From assembly GCA_012557565.1 (NCBI GenBank), contig GCA_012557565.1_3926.1: a DNA stretch of 64,000 nt; one strand, given 5' to 3'. Below are positions 1 to 9,662 of the stretch, in pieces. The stretch comes from a phage. Under the pieces are notes generated by a model. That model was not told the origin of the DNA, searched no databases, and saw only the letters and a program-made list of their open reading frames with translations. The translations under genes were made by a program, and so were the position numbers. The first letter of the stretch is position 1, and each line of letters begins with the position of its first letter.

Positions 1-611
1 TCTTTAGCTCGCATATAGGTTTCATAAGTATCAACACCACACTTTTTAAGTTTAATGTACTCATTATCCAGAGCACGTTTAGTTTTGGCGTTGATTCGAA
101 TATCTTCTACAACACGAGTAAGAATCTCTGCATTCCATACACCCCACTCTTCAATCTCTGGTTTACGAACACCTACACGAGCACCCCATGCAGCCAAACC
201 GTGAGCACCCTTGTAACCCTTCGGTGTAGGTCTATCCATCCACTGCACACGAGATTGGATAAGTGAATCCTGAAAGAAGTCTCCCCAAGGTTTACACTTA
301 GGATTCTCAAAGTTCCACAGGTCAGGTGCAATATGATTAAACACCCACCAGTCATAACCTAAACCATTATGGATGCAAAGACGTTTAGCTTTCAGTGCAA
401 ACTCAACACCTTCACGTAGACCACCTTTAATGTACTTCGTGTACTTGTGACCAAGAATAGGCTCATCAGTGAACACCCACACAGGTGGTTCGTCACTGTC
501 ATCTTTGTAATCTGCAAATGCCATTACGTGAGCCTTAGTAAACTCAAGGAGCAACCCATCAGTTTCTGTATCACCAACCAAATGCAATTTTTCAAAATCT
601 ACATTGTTCAT
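1..611 (-). CDS. DNA polymerase, family A (T7 gp5-like), N-terminal 3'-5' exonuclease domain; partial, C-terminus lies beyond window start
   Basis: Own translation of the minus strand from ATG (complement of 609-611): MNNVDFEKLHLVGDTETDGL..., with DTETDGL exo motif and HNGxxYD / AHGLAAWG blocks resembling T7 DNA polymerase; RBS GGGAG upstream. Confidence 0.75.
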   Translation of the reverse strand, partial: MNNVDFEKLHLVGDTETDGLLLEFTKAHVMAFADYKDDSDEPPVWVFTDEPILGHKYTKYIKGGLREGVEFALKAKRLCIHNGLGYDWWVFNHIAPDLWNFENPKCKPWGDFFQDSLIQSRVQWMDRPTPKGYKGAHGLAAWGARVGVRKPEIEEWGVWNAEILTRVVEDIRINAKTKRALDNEYIKLKKCGVDTYETYMRAK

Positions 612-870
612 TTTTACTCCCTCTCAAATCATTCTGGATAATACCCTACAGCAATTTTCTTCAAAAAGCAAGTTGACAAACTACTTGACAAGGTGTTAGT
701 CTTTTCGAAGTGGGTTTTATCTTAATAGACTCCCTTTATAGATTAACTATACAGTTTCTTTAAAAGTCTTAAAAGATTTTTAATAGCTTTTAAAAAGCTT
801 TAAAGTTATATGTATAACATACATAAAGATAAGAGATTAAAATCTTTATAGATACTTAACAGAGGCAATC

Positions 871-1311
871 ATGCAGAGGATGTACGTTCACCCAGATATC
901 AATAACCTTGTCCAAGCTTTAGAAAGAGTTGAAGCACTTTACATTGAGGCTCAGAAGGAGTATGCTTATCAACATCGTCGAATGGTTGATGTTCAGCATG
1001 AGATAGAACTATCAAGTGGATACGACGAAGGTTTAAAGTGCTCGGTATTTGAGCACATGAAAGAGATATCTTCAGAAAGACGTAAAGCGAAAGACACAAT
1101 CTTTTTGATAGATACCTTAAAAAATAAGTTGCAAAATGGAACGGACTTAGATAGTCTATCCCAACTGCTTCAGGATGCAGAGAATACATGGGACAGAAAT
1201 TACTTCCCACGGTCTGAAAAAGGACTTGACTTCTCTTCACAAGAAAGCTTAAGATTGTCACGACTTACTATTAACAAAATGAGAGAGATTAAAGATGAAA
1301 ACTGTAAATGA
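871..1311 (+). CDS. hypothetical protein
   Basis: 146-aa ORF in track, first gene after a divergent intergenic region; no recognisable motif. Confidence 0.5.
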   Translation: MQRMYVHPDINNLVQALERVEALYIEAQKEYAYQHRRMVDVQHEIELSSGYDEGLKCSVFEHMKEISSERRKAKDTIFLIDTLKNKLQNGTDLDSLSQLLQDAENTWDRNYFPRSEKGLDFSSQESLRLSRLTINKMREIKDENCK

Positions 1312-2089
1312 GATTCTTGAAGAAAAAGGTATTGACGAAGCATTCATGCTGAACACTGTTGAGACTCTTGCTATCATTATGCGTAGCAACTCACTGTCAG
1401 GAAAATTTATCCCTGAATCTCTGCGTGTTGTAAAAAACGCTGTAGAGAATGATGAAGATTTCCGTAAAGAGGTTGAATACCTGTTGTCTAATAAGACTGA
1501 TGCTCTGAAGACCATCTTCATTGGTGTTGATGCTTTTGCAGCATACATCTTTGATGAAATTTACTCAGGTGGATACATCCAGATTACTGAGCAGGGTATT
1601 AAAGAGCTTGATAACATGAGTGATGAAGACCTTCTGAAAGGTATTTGTACGCCAGTTGCTGCTGTAATGGCATCACTAGAGAAGCGTATGAATGATAAGT
1701 CACCACGTTATGCAAAACTTGATTGGGGCTTTGATGAAGTATCTGAAAAGGCAATTCAGTATGCTGATGAGACAATGAATAAGCTGTCAGAGATTACTAA
1801 TGGTCTCACATTAGACCCTATTCAGGTGAAGGTAACTTCACTGTTAAACGCTATCTTTAGTATCATGGGTATCCATGCTTTACTTGAAGTTTCAAAAATG
1901 TTAGAGTCTGACCCAAGCTTTGTAGAGAGCATTTCACAAGGTGCTCATACAGCAGCACTCGGAGAAGTATTTAGCCAAACTGGTGCAGCAGTTCTTAGCA
2001 CCAAGATTGCAATCAACTTCGGTGAAGAGTTTGTTCAGCAGCTAGAAGCAATGTCTGAGCGTGAACTCACTGGTTCTAAACTACAATAA
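1295..2089 (+). CDS. hypothetical protein
   Basis: 264-aa ORF; followed by a GC hairpin plus T-run near 2101-2131. Confidence 0.55.
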   Translation: MKTVNEILEEKGIDEAFMLNTVETLAIIMRSNSLSGKFIPESLRVVKNAVENDEDFRKEVEYLLSNKTDALKTIFIGVDAFAAYIFDEIYSGGYIQITEQGIKELDNMSDEDLLKGICTPVAAVMASLEKRMNDKSPRYAKLDWGFDEVSEKAIQYADETMNKLSEITNGLTLDPIQVKVTSLLNAIFSIMGIHALLEVSKMLESDPSFVESISQGAHTAALGEVFSQTGAAVLSTKIAINFGEEFVQQLEAMSERELTGSKLQ

Positions 2090-2146
2090 TTGTGGCATAC
2101 CCTTAAGCCTCCTTAATTGGGGGCTTTTTATTATGGAGTGACTTAT

Positions 2147-2887
2147 ATGAAAAGTGTTATTGCATTTACTGGAAAAGCTCGTTCTGGAAAGGATACGTCT
2201 TGCAGCATTGTAAAAAATCTATTGAATGAGGCTGGATACACTGTTAAAGTGTTTGCGTTTGCCGATAACTTAAAAGCAACTGCTGGGTTTATCTTTGACT
2301 TAAACTGGCACGACCTATATGGTGATACGAAAGAAACGCCTAAAAAGTTTAGCTTAGATTTTGACAACCTTAACTCTCGTGTGGCATGGGCTTTCAATAT
2401 AAACATGAAAAGCAAGGGTATACAAGATGATGCAAAACTTTGTGGGGAAATCACAGACAGACTTATCAAAGAGTTAAAGAAAGTTGGTAAGCCAACATTG
2501 CTTACAAAGCTTGGTTTGAAAAATGAATATATGATTTCCTCAAGACAAATACAGCAAGTCTGGGGTAGTGAGGTTATCCGTAAAATTCTTGGAGAGCGTT
2601 TCTGGATTACAGACTTAGCAGAACGTATTGAAAAATTCTATGGTGATTGTGTTAAGAAAAGTCACATAGGTATTGCACTGATATGTGATTTAAGGTTTGA
2701 TATTGAAGCTGAGTTCCTTCAAAGCTATGATATCCAGATAATTGAGATTACAAGAAAAGATGCTATTCAGGTGGCTTCCCATAGCTCTGAACGTGGTATT
2801 TCCACTAACTTCTCTCGTGATATTATCCAGAATAATGGAACGATGGAAGAATTAGAGAGTAAACTTAAAACCATTATCAATCTGTAA
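2147..2887 (+). CDS. deoxynucleoside monophosphate kinase (T4 gp1-like)
   Basis: N-terminus MKSVIAFTGKARSGKDT matches the T4 dNMP kinase P-loop start; start moved from track 2117 to ATG 2147 because GGAG lies about 9 nt upstream. Confidence 0.7.
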   Translation: MKSVIAFTGKARSGKDTSCSIVKNLLNEAGYTVKVFAFADNLKATAGFIFDLNWHDLYGDTKETPKKFSLDFDNLNSRVAWAFNINMKSKGIQDDAKLCGEITDRLIKELKKVGKPTLLTKLGLKNEYMISSRQIQQVWGSEVIRKILGERFWITDLAERIEKFYGDCVKKSHIGIALICDLRFDIEAEFLQSYDIQIIEITRKDAIQVASHSSERGISTNFSRDIIQNNGTMEELESKLKTIINL

Positions 2888-2890
2888 AAG

Positions 2891-3091
2891 GTGTTGAAGA
2901 TGAGAGAGAATAACTTTAAAGTAATTGACCACCGTACAGTGGAACTCTCATCTCTTTCCAAAGAAGTTATGATGGAGCGACTTGAAAGGGTCGCTTCAAG
3001 AAGGAAAGAGATTGCAGAAGAAATCCATGAGCTTGATAAGATTGAAAACGGTCTTAAGGCAGAACTACAACGAAGAGGTGTGAATGGCTAA
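2891..3091 (+). CDS. hypothetical protein (coiled-coil-like)
   Basis: 66-aa ORF, overlaps next gene start. Confidence 0.4.
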   Translation: MLKMRENNFKVIDHRTVELSSLSKEVMMERLERVASRRKEIAEEIHELDKIENGLKAELQRRGVNG

Positions 3092-5075
3092 ACCGAGAAA
3101 ACTGAAAGATGCTGGAACATTTGTAGGTCACTGTGCATGTCCACGCCCTCAATGTTTATCTTCAGATGCAGGTTCTATATATCGTCATGATGACGGTTCA
3201 TATTCAATGACATGTTTCAGTTGTGGAAAAGGTTTTCCAGAGTGGGATTTTGATAAAGGGCAGATTGTGAGTACTCATACTTCAGGTTCAGAGAATAAAA
3301 ACCGTACATTTCGTGGTATGGATTTGGATGATGTGAAAGAAAACCTAGAAGCAATGGATTTAAAAGATAGGAAGATTCCTGCAAAAGTCCTTGAGCGTCT
3401 CGGTATTAAAGTTGATATTGATGATAACGGTGATATTGATGCACATTTCTATCCAACATACAAAAAGGATGAAGATGGTAAGTTGCAACATGTAGGCTAT
3501 CGTGTTCGTCACAAATATCCAGATGACTACCACAAAGAGCACTTACGTGGGAAGTTGAAAGACTTTTCTGGTGGTGTCGGAGATATTAAAGGTGAACTGG
3601 CTATGTTCGGTTCATGGATTGCTCCAGAAGGTGGTAACCGTCTTTTCATCTGGGAAGGTGAGATGGAATGTGCTACAGCAATCTACATGACTTCTTTAGC
3701 AATTAAAGATAAGTCTAGACGTAAGAATTACTGCCACGTTTCTGTACCATCTGGTGCTAATGTTAAGTCTATCAAAGAGAACTATCAGTATATTACTTCC
3801 TTTGATGAAATCTACCTGTGCTTTGATAATGATGAAGCAGGGGCTAAAGCAACTAAGGAAGCTGCTGGTATCTTACCTATTGAGAAAGTAAGACTGTTCC
3901 AGTATCCTGAAGGTATTAAAGACCTTAGTGAGTGGTGGACTAAGTTCTTCAAAGACAAAGATACAGTCTTAGAAGGATTTAAACAACGAATCTACAATGC
4001 ACCTCGTTACTGCCCTGCTGGTATCAAGAACTTTGCAGATGGTTTCGATGCTATGAAGAATCGTGGTCAGATTCCTTTAATTCCTTTCCCAGATTCTTTC
4101 GGGGATTTGAATAAGCTGACTTATGGCGGGTATGGTTTAGGTGAGATTACAACCCTTGCTGCACCTTCATCTGTAGGTAAATCTGCGTATACTCGTGAAA
4201 TGATTTACAAAGCATGGAAAGATACTGAGTACAACATCGGCGTAATCCCTGTTGAGGATACTTACGAAGAACTTATGGAAATGCTCTGTGCAATCCATCT
4301 TAGCAAGCAGATTTCAGAGATTCCTTACGATGAGCGTAATTGGGATGAGATTAAGGTTGCACATGCTGAGTTGTCAAAAGGTCGTCGTATTCACATCGTA
4401 GACCACCAAGGGGCAATTGACCAAGATAACCTGCTGGAGTTTGTTGACTATCTGGTTAATAGTCTTGATTGTAAGATTATCATCCTTGACCCTATTACAT
4501 TGGCACTGTCACGCTCTGATACAGATGAAGAAGAAGTTCTGTCTGAGTTACTTCGTCGCTGTAAGCGTTATCAGTATGCTCAGGTAAACGTGTGTCACGT
4601 TCGTAAGAGTGCAGGTGGTCAAAAGGCTAACTCTGAAGGTGGTGATATTTCTGAAGAAGATATCAAGGGTTCTGGTGCATACTTCCAGATTTCCATGAAC
4701 AACATTTTGCTTATGCGTAACAAGGTTGACCCAGACCCTGTTAAAAAGAACTTGACAAAAATCAAGTTAACAAAATGTCGTCGTCATGGTAAATCAACTG
4801 GTATTGCTGGTCACACTTGGTACAATCCAGATACAGGCCGTCTTGTAAAGGCTGCTGGCTGTGGTGTTGATATTGATGGTGCAGCAGAGAATATTCGTCA
4901 GCAGTTCGGTATTGGTGAGGCTGAAGACCATTATGATGACTCTATGCCACACTATGAAGATGTTGATTTTGACCGTGAATCTGGAGAGATTTACACACAA
5001 GAGCAACGTGAAAGCTCTACCATCCCACCTGTGATTAACGAGGATAATGATGACTGTCCGTTCGAAACTGATTGA
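3084..5075 (+). CDS. DNA primase-helicase (T7 gp4-like)
   Basis: N-terminal Cys-rich zinc-binding segment (CACPRPQC ... CFSCGKG), TOPRIM-like FDNDEAG motif, Walker A-like APSSVGKSAY, DnaB-family-like C-terminal half. Confidence 0.8.
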   Translation: MAKPRKLKDAGTFVGHCACPRPQCLSSDAGSIYRHDDGSYSMTCFSCGKGFPEWDFDKGQIVSTHTSGSENKNRTFRGMDLDDVKENLEAMDLKDRKIPAKVLERLGIKVDIDDNGDIDAHFYPTYKKDEDGKLQHVGYRVRHKYPDDYHKEHLRGKLKDFSGGVGDIKGELAMFGSWIAPEGGNRLFIWEGEMECATAIYMTSLAIKDKSRRKNYCHVSVPSGANVKSIKENYQYITSFDEIYLCFDNDEAGAKATKEAAGILPIEKVRLFQYPEGIKDLSEWWTKFFKDKDTVLEGFKQRIYNAPRYCPAGIKNFADGFDAMKNRGQIPLIPFPDSFGDLNKLTYGGYGLGEITTLAAPSSVGKSAYTREMIYKAWKDTEYNIGVIPVEDTYEELMEMLCAIHLSKQISEIPYDERNWDEIKVAHAELSKGRRIHIVDHQGAIDQDNLLEFVDYLVNSLDCKIIILDPITLALSRSDTDEEEVLSELLRRCKRYQYAQVNVCHVRKSAGGQKANSEGGDISEEDIKGSGAYFQISMNNILLMRNKVDPDPVKKNLTKIKLTKCRRHGKSTGIAGHTWYNPDTGRLVKAAGCGVDIDGAAENIRQQFGIGEAEDHYDDSMPHYEDVDFDRESGEIYTQEQRESSTIPPVINEDNDDCPFETD

Positions 5076-5328
5076 TAGTTATATGAAGAAGGGTTTTGAA
5101 CCCTTCTATTCAGAAAAAAGCAGAGAAAAATTTGTAAAAGAGTGCTTGACTAAGATAGAGCAGTTCGGTAAAGTACTCATCAACAAGGGACATGAAGTAA
5201 AGTTTGAACACTTATCAAAAGATAATGTTGAGCAGTTTGCATTAGCAATTGATGGTTTATCTACAGTTTACATCTTTACCTTGACTAATAAACATTTTGA
5301 ATATGAAATATATCGGAGAGATTCATGA
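5047..5328 (+). CDS. hypothetical protein
   Basis: 93-aa ORF overlapping 3' end of primase-helicase. Confidence 0.4.
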   Translation: MMTVRSKLIDSYMKKGFEPFYSEKSREKFVKECLTKIEQFGKVLINKGHEVKFEHLSKDNVEQFALAIDGLSTVYIFTLTNKHFEYEIYRRDS

Positions 5329-5463
5329 AACATTCTAAAGCATTCGAGAAAGTATTTGGCGATTCCATGAAAGCAACTGCTGGTAAACCTGCTGAATACT
5401 ATGTACAGAAGCGAGTTCGCATGGGTAAGACGGCTCGTAAAGCAGCTAAGAAACCTGCTTAAA
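5326..5463 (+). CDS. small basic hypothetical protein (45 aa)
   Basis: Own translation MKHSKAFEKVFGDSMKATAGKPAEYYVQKRVRMGKTARKAAKKPA; below track cutoff. Confidence 0.3.
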
Positions 5464-5547
5464 GTGTTTGACAAGGGAGTACGAAGTCTGTAAGATTGTA
5501 CTCCTTGATAGTTGAGTTGAAAGTTAATTTGAGAAAGAGGTATTAAA

Positions 5548-6411
5548 ATGTCTAAAGTTGTTAAAATGAAAGCTCCGGTAGAGAAGTACAATGGTCAAGA
5601 ACGTGAGACTCTTCGTTACCTGCTGAAAGATGTTTGGTTCTATTACCTGAACACTATTCCACGTCCTCAAAAGGGTAAATCTGTGGATAAGCATTTTCCG
5701 GGCAAAGATTGTAACTACAGCGTTTCAATTCTGGCAAAAGATGGTAACAAGCTCTTTAAAGAGTTCACCAAGTCTAAAAAGAGTCCTGAAGGTTGGGATA
5801 AAGTTACTACAGAGGCTGTTGATGCAGATGACTTCGAAGAGAAGTTTGGTTGTGAGCCTCCGTTTGAAGCTGACACCTATCACATCCTGAAGGTTAGCCG
5901 TTCAGCAGCATATAAAGACGGTGCTGTGTGGTCAGCAAAACAGAGTTTCCCTGTAATGCTGGTTGAAGAAATCAACGGTAAGCGTGTTGCAGTTAAGCAG
6001 CCTATGAAGAAAATCAAGGCAGCAAAATCTGATAAGCACGATGATGATAAGACTTACGATGTAATTCATCCAGATATTGCAGTTGGTAACGGCTCATTTG
6101 GTAGTGTGATTCTGGCGACTCACTTCTACACTTTTGAAGGTAACGTTCTGACTAAGCCAATTCAGGAACAATTCATCATTGATACTCTGGTTCCTTACAC
6201 TGGTGGTACTGGTGGTGCTACTGAAACTGAACTGGATGAAGATGAACTGGCAATGCTTGGCCTTGCAGGTGTTGAAGACAACGGTGAAATCACTGAAGAA
6301 GATGCAAAAGATTCTGGTGATGAAGGTAAAGGTGGTGATGACGATGACGACGACCTGCCAAACCCAGATGATGATGACGACGAAGATGATTTCGAAACTG
6401 ACGACGAGTAA
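5548..6411 (+). CDS. putative ssDNA-binding protein (T7 gp2.5-like), acidic C-terminal tail
   Basis: C-terminus DDDDDDLPNPDDDDDEDDFETDDE resembles the acidic Phe-containing tail of T7 gp2.5; position between primase-helicase and exonuclease; RBS AGAGG upstream. Confidence 0.45.
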   Translation: MSKVVKMKAPVEKYNGQERETLRYLLKDVWFYYLNTIPRPQKGKSVDKHFPGKDCNYSVSILAKDGNKLFKEFTKSKKSPEGWDKVTTEAVDADDFEEKFGCEPPFEADTYHILKVSRSAAYKDGAVWSAKQSFPVMLVEEINGKRVAVKQPMKKIKAAKSDKHDDDKTYDVIHPDIAVGNGSFGSVILATHFYTFEGNVLTKPIQEQFIIDTLVPYTGGTGGATETELDEDELAMLGLAGVEDNGEITEEDAKDSGDEGKGGDDDDDDLPNPDDDDDEDDFETDDE

Positions 6412-6461
6412 TAGTCAGTAACTACTACAAAGCCCTGTACAGACGTATGGGGCTTTTTCGT

Positions 6462-7514
6462 ATGGAGAGTACAATGGAACAATACACCTTAACAAAGCTC
6501 CCAGAGAGCGTTACACACGTCTTTATTGACTCTGATAGCATTGCTTACAAAGGTGCTTGTGTAGTTGAAAAAGCAAAGTACAAGTATGTGAATAAAATCA
6601 CTGCTGAAGAATCCGACGCTTTTGATAGTGCAAAACTGGCAGCACAATGGCTGTCTGACCAAAGAGTTTTAACTGAAGAGTTAGGACTTGACTTTGATGA
6701 AGATGAATGGGAAAGACAGACTTGGAAGGAGGCTAAGAGTGAAGCTGAAGCAATTATGGCTACACAGCAAGTTCTTCAGGAGTGGTTGAAAGTCGTTGGT
6801 AAAGAACGCAAATGGATGGGTTACCTTACTGAGAAAGGTGTTCACAAACACAAGGATATCAAAGGTCTTGAACACCAATACCAAGGTAACAGAAAAGAAG
6901 CTGTAACACCTACACACCTAGTTGCTTGTCGTGAGTATCTTCTGTCACGACCAGAGTTTAAGCTCCTAAAGGGGGGCTTCGAAGCAGACTCTATCGTTAT
7001 TGCAAAAGCTGAGAAGATGGGTAAAAAAGCTGCTCTGATGAGTATTGATAAAGACCTTCGTCAAGCTGAAGGAACTTACTGTATTGATATGACTTATGAG
7101 AAAGCTCCATTAATTTTCATTGCAGATAATAACGTTGGTGAGATTTGGGATTGCCCTATCAAATCTAAACCGAAAGCTAAGAAGACAGTCGGAGTAGGTT
7201 TTAAATTCCTCTGCTATCAAGCTGTAGCAGGTGATAATGCAGATAACTACTTCGGTTTAAAAGGTGCTGGTAAAGTTGCGGTGATGAATGCACTGGAAGG
7301 TAAAACTACCTACAAAGAGTGCTTAGACGCAATCTATGAACTTTATGCTAAGAAAGAGTCATATACTTATGAATCGTGGGATGGTCAGATTGTGACAAGA
7401 ACTCCACTAGAACTAATGGAGCAGCACTTCTGGATTGCTTATCAAGAACGAAATCCTAAAGATGATTTTACGTTTAAAAAATACAATTGGGAGCCAGTTA
7501 TGAATGAAGATTAA
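6462..7514 (+). CDS. putative 5'-3' exonuclease (T7 gp6-like)
   Basis: VFIDSDSIAY, GDNADNYFGLKGAG and EIWDCPIKS blocks resemble T7 gene 6 exonuclease; start uncertain (6447, 6462 or 6474). Confidence 0.5.
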   Translation: MESTMEQYTLTKLPESVTHVFIDSDSIAYKGACVVEKAKYKYVNKITAEESDAFDSAKLAAQWLSDQRVLTEELGLDFDEDEWERQTWKEAKSEAEAIMATQQVLQEWLKVVGKERKWMGYLTEKGVHKHKDIKGLEHQYQGNRKEAVTPTHLVACREYLLSRPEFKLLKGGFEADSIVIAKAEKMGKKAALMSIDKDLRQAEGTYCIDMTYEKAPLIFIADNNVGEIWDCPIKSKPKAKKTVGVGFKFLCYQAVAGDNADNYFGLKGAGKVAVMNALEGKTTYKECLDAIYELYAKKESYTYESWDGQIVTRTPLELMEQHFWIAYQERNPKDDFTFKKYNWEPVMNED

Positions 7515-8004
7515 AGGTTTTGGTAATTGCCCTGTTTATGGACATTGGATTTCACTGTGCGGGGAAATTGACCCCGCTAACTATTTTGGTTTTGTCTATT
7601 TAGTATACTGTAAGAAAACTGGACAATATTATATTGGAAAGAAACAATTTAATAACATCACTAAGAAAAAGGTTGCTGGAAAGACCAGACGTAAAGTCGT
7701 GACAAAAGAAAGTGATTGGATGACTTATCAAACATCTTCTGAATACATTAAGAAGGATATTGAATCTTTTGGTGAAAAAGAGTTTGACTTCTACATCATC
7801 CAGACTTACTATACGCGAGGTGGCTTAGTTTATGGCGAAGCTAACCTACAACATAAGTTTGACGTCATGACAAAAAGGATTGACTCTAAGCTTCGACTCT
7901 TCTACAATGCAAACATTGCAGCAATCAAGTTTCTTACAAAAGAGACTTATGATGAAGCTGAGAAGAGAATCACTAAAATCATGAAACTTAATGAGAGAGT
8001 TTAA
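7504..8004 (+). CDS. GIY-YIG-like motif protein (possible homing-endonuclease-like)
   Basis: FGFVYLVYCKKTGQYYIGKK matches the GIY-(9-11)-YIG spacing; weak. Confidence 0.35.
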   Translation: MKIKGFGNCPVYGHWISLCGEIDPANYFGFVYLVYCKKTGQYYIGKKQFNNITKKKVAGKTRRKVVTKESDWMTYQTSSEYIKKDIESFGEKEFDFYIIQTYYTRGGLVYGEANLQHKFDVMTKRIDSKLRLFYNANIAAIKFLTKETYDEAEKRITKIMKLNERV

Positions 8005-8221
8005 AATGTTTAATAAAATCAAAAATGACCATGTTTCTAAAATCCAGAGCGGCGTAGCAGCACTGAAGGAGACTATCAATAAAGCTAAGTCAGCTACAGA
8101 AGCTGAGATGGATGCTCTGGAATCACAAATTCAACATCTGTTAAGCAAACGTGTTGAACTCAAAGAACGAATGGACTATATTGAGTCTCAACAAAAGTTG
8201 TTTGAAGATAAGGAGGCTTAA
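7991..8221 (+). CDS. hypothetical protein
   Basis: 76-aa ORF. Confidence 0.4.
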   Translation: MREFKMFNKIKNDHVSKIQSGVAALKETINKAKSATEAEMDALESQIQHLLSKRVELKERMDYIESQQKLFEDKEA

Positions 8222-8976
8222 TGTTTAATTCCAGAGAATCCGTAAGAAATTGGAATCTACGTTGTGGCAATAATCCAAAAGAACCATACAGCACAGAGTA
8301 TTGGGAATCACTGAAAAGTCAATCTCTGTGTATGCTTGAAGAAGCTAGAGAGTTAGTCGCAGCAGTAGAAGCCAAAGACCCTGTTGAGACCCTTGATGCT
8401 CAAGCTGATTTGCAGTATGTACTTGACGGTTTAATTTTCCTGACACAACATGACCATGATGGTGCTATCAAGGCTGTTTGTGAAAACAACAACCTCAAAT
8501 ACACAGACGACTATCAAGAAGCTGTACAGCGAATGTTTGATATTGAAAAACGTACTGGTGATGAATGTTACCTGCGTCAATCAATTATTGAAGGTAAAGA
8601 GTGGTTTGCAATTATTCGCAAGTCTGATGGTAAGATTATGAAACAGTCTAATCTTCCAAAAGTTCAACTTGAAAGTTTTATTGCAGAAGTTGACGCAAAA
8701 GAATTATTTGTGGTAACATCTGACACATGCGTTATCTGCCAAGGACTGATTGGAAGTCTTGGTAGTCTTGGCATTAAAAACTTTTCTAAAGTTGAACCAA
8801 TCTCTTCAAAAGCAGATAAAGACTTCTGCCGTGAGAATGGATTATGGCTTGCGGATATTGTGTACTATGATGGTGAGAAGTTCCATGTAACCTCATATCC
8901 GAAATTGAATTATGATGCAATCAACCTCAAGCAGTGGTTGAAAGGAGTCGGTTATAATGGATTCACAGAACATTAA
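8221..8976 (+). CDS. hypothetical protein
   Basis: 251-aa ORF, ATGA overlap with upstream gene. Confidence 0.55.
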   Translation: MFNSRESVRNWNLRCGNNPKEPYSTEYWESLKSQSLCMLEEARELVAAVEAKDPVETLDAQADLQYVLDGLIFLTQHDHDGAIKAVCENNNLKYTDDYQEAVQRMFDIEKRTGDECYLRQSIIEGKEWFAIIRKSDGKIMKQSNLPKVQLESFIAEVDAKELFVVTSDTCVICQGLIGSLGSLGIKNFSKVEPISSKADKDFCRENGLWLADIVYYDGEKFHVTSYPKLNYDAINLKQWLKGVGYNGFTEH

Positions 8977-9283
8977 TAAAGGTGAAGAAGTGGTGGCAAA
9001 AAGCCACTTCTCCAACTACAACCTCTCTATGACAGTGTTTATGAATGATTCACTGTTAGACAAGTACGGAGAGAAGCCAGAAACGATTCTGGATAATGAA
9101 CAAGTATTAGCAGCAGTGTTGTATAAGTATGGCTTAAATATTGATAAACCGTACTCTTACGAGATTTGCCAGCACAGAAATACTTTTGGTAAAGTTGTTG
9201 TAGCCCCCCTGTTCATGGGTGTAGAGCGCACAGATGACCAGTGGATTTACTTGAAACGAAACTTGGATAGATACCATGTCTAA
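8957..9283 (+). CDS. hypothetical protein
   Basis: 108-aa ORF. Confidence 0.45.
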   Translation: MDSQNINKGEEVVAKSHFSNYNLSMTVFMNDSLLDKYGEKPETILDNEQVLAAVLYKYGLNIDKPYSYEICQHRNTFGKVVVAPLFMGVERTDDQWIYLKRNLDRYHV

Positions 9284-9611
9284 AATTAAAAAGTTAACTA
9301 AAGAAGAAATCAAAGCTGGTGAAGAACTAGGCAATGATAAGTTTGGTGAGACATTACATCATGGTGACTTTGTAATGTACACTGAAGATTGCAAAGGTCG
9401 CAGCGATATCAAATTTGGACGAGTTGTCTGCAAAGTACGTGGTAACTTTTCAATTGCACGACTTGAAGAAGATATTAGTGAGAAACTTGACATGGCATTC
9501 GATGAAGGTAAACGTTACTGGTACATGAATACAATGTATAAAGGTTCACTGACAAAAGTATCACAGAAGTTCGTTGAACTCTGGGAAAGTAAAAAGATTT
9601 TCAGCATTTAA
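9276..9611 (+). CDS. hypothetical protein
   Basis: 111-aa ORF; followed by terminator 9619-9642. Confidence 0.5.
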   Translation: MSKIKKLTKEEIKAGEELGNDKFGETLHHGDFVMYTEDCKGRSDIKFGRVVCKVRGNFSIARLEEDISEKLDMAFDEGKRYWYMNTMYKGSLTKVSQKFVELWESKKIFSI

Positions 9612-9618
9612 TCTCTAA

Positions 9619-9642
9619 GGGGTCTCTTCGGAGACCCTTTTT
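9619..9642 (+). terminator. rho-independent terminator
   Basis: GGGTCTC-TTCG-GAGACCC hairpin followed by TTTTT. Confidence 0.75.
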
Positions 9643-9662
9643 CACCTGTAGGATTTAATATA

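Noticed and set aside
899-1548. Minus-strand ORFs 899-1261 and 1258-1548
   Set aside because: Antisense to plus-strand ORFs 871-1311 and 1295-2089, which have better start context and orientation consistent with the operon.
6179-6482. ORFs 6179-6421 (+) and 6195-6482 (-)
   Set aside because: Alternative-frame and antisense readings of the acidic Asp-rich tail region of the SSB-like gene; repetitive low-complexity products.
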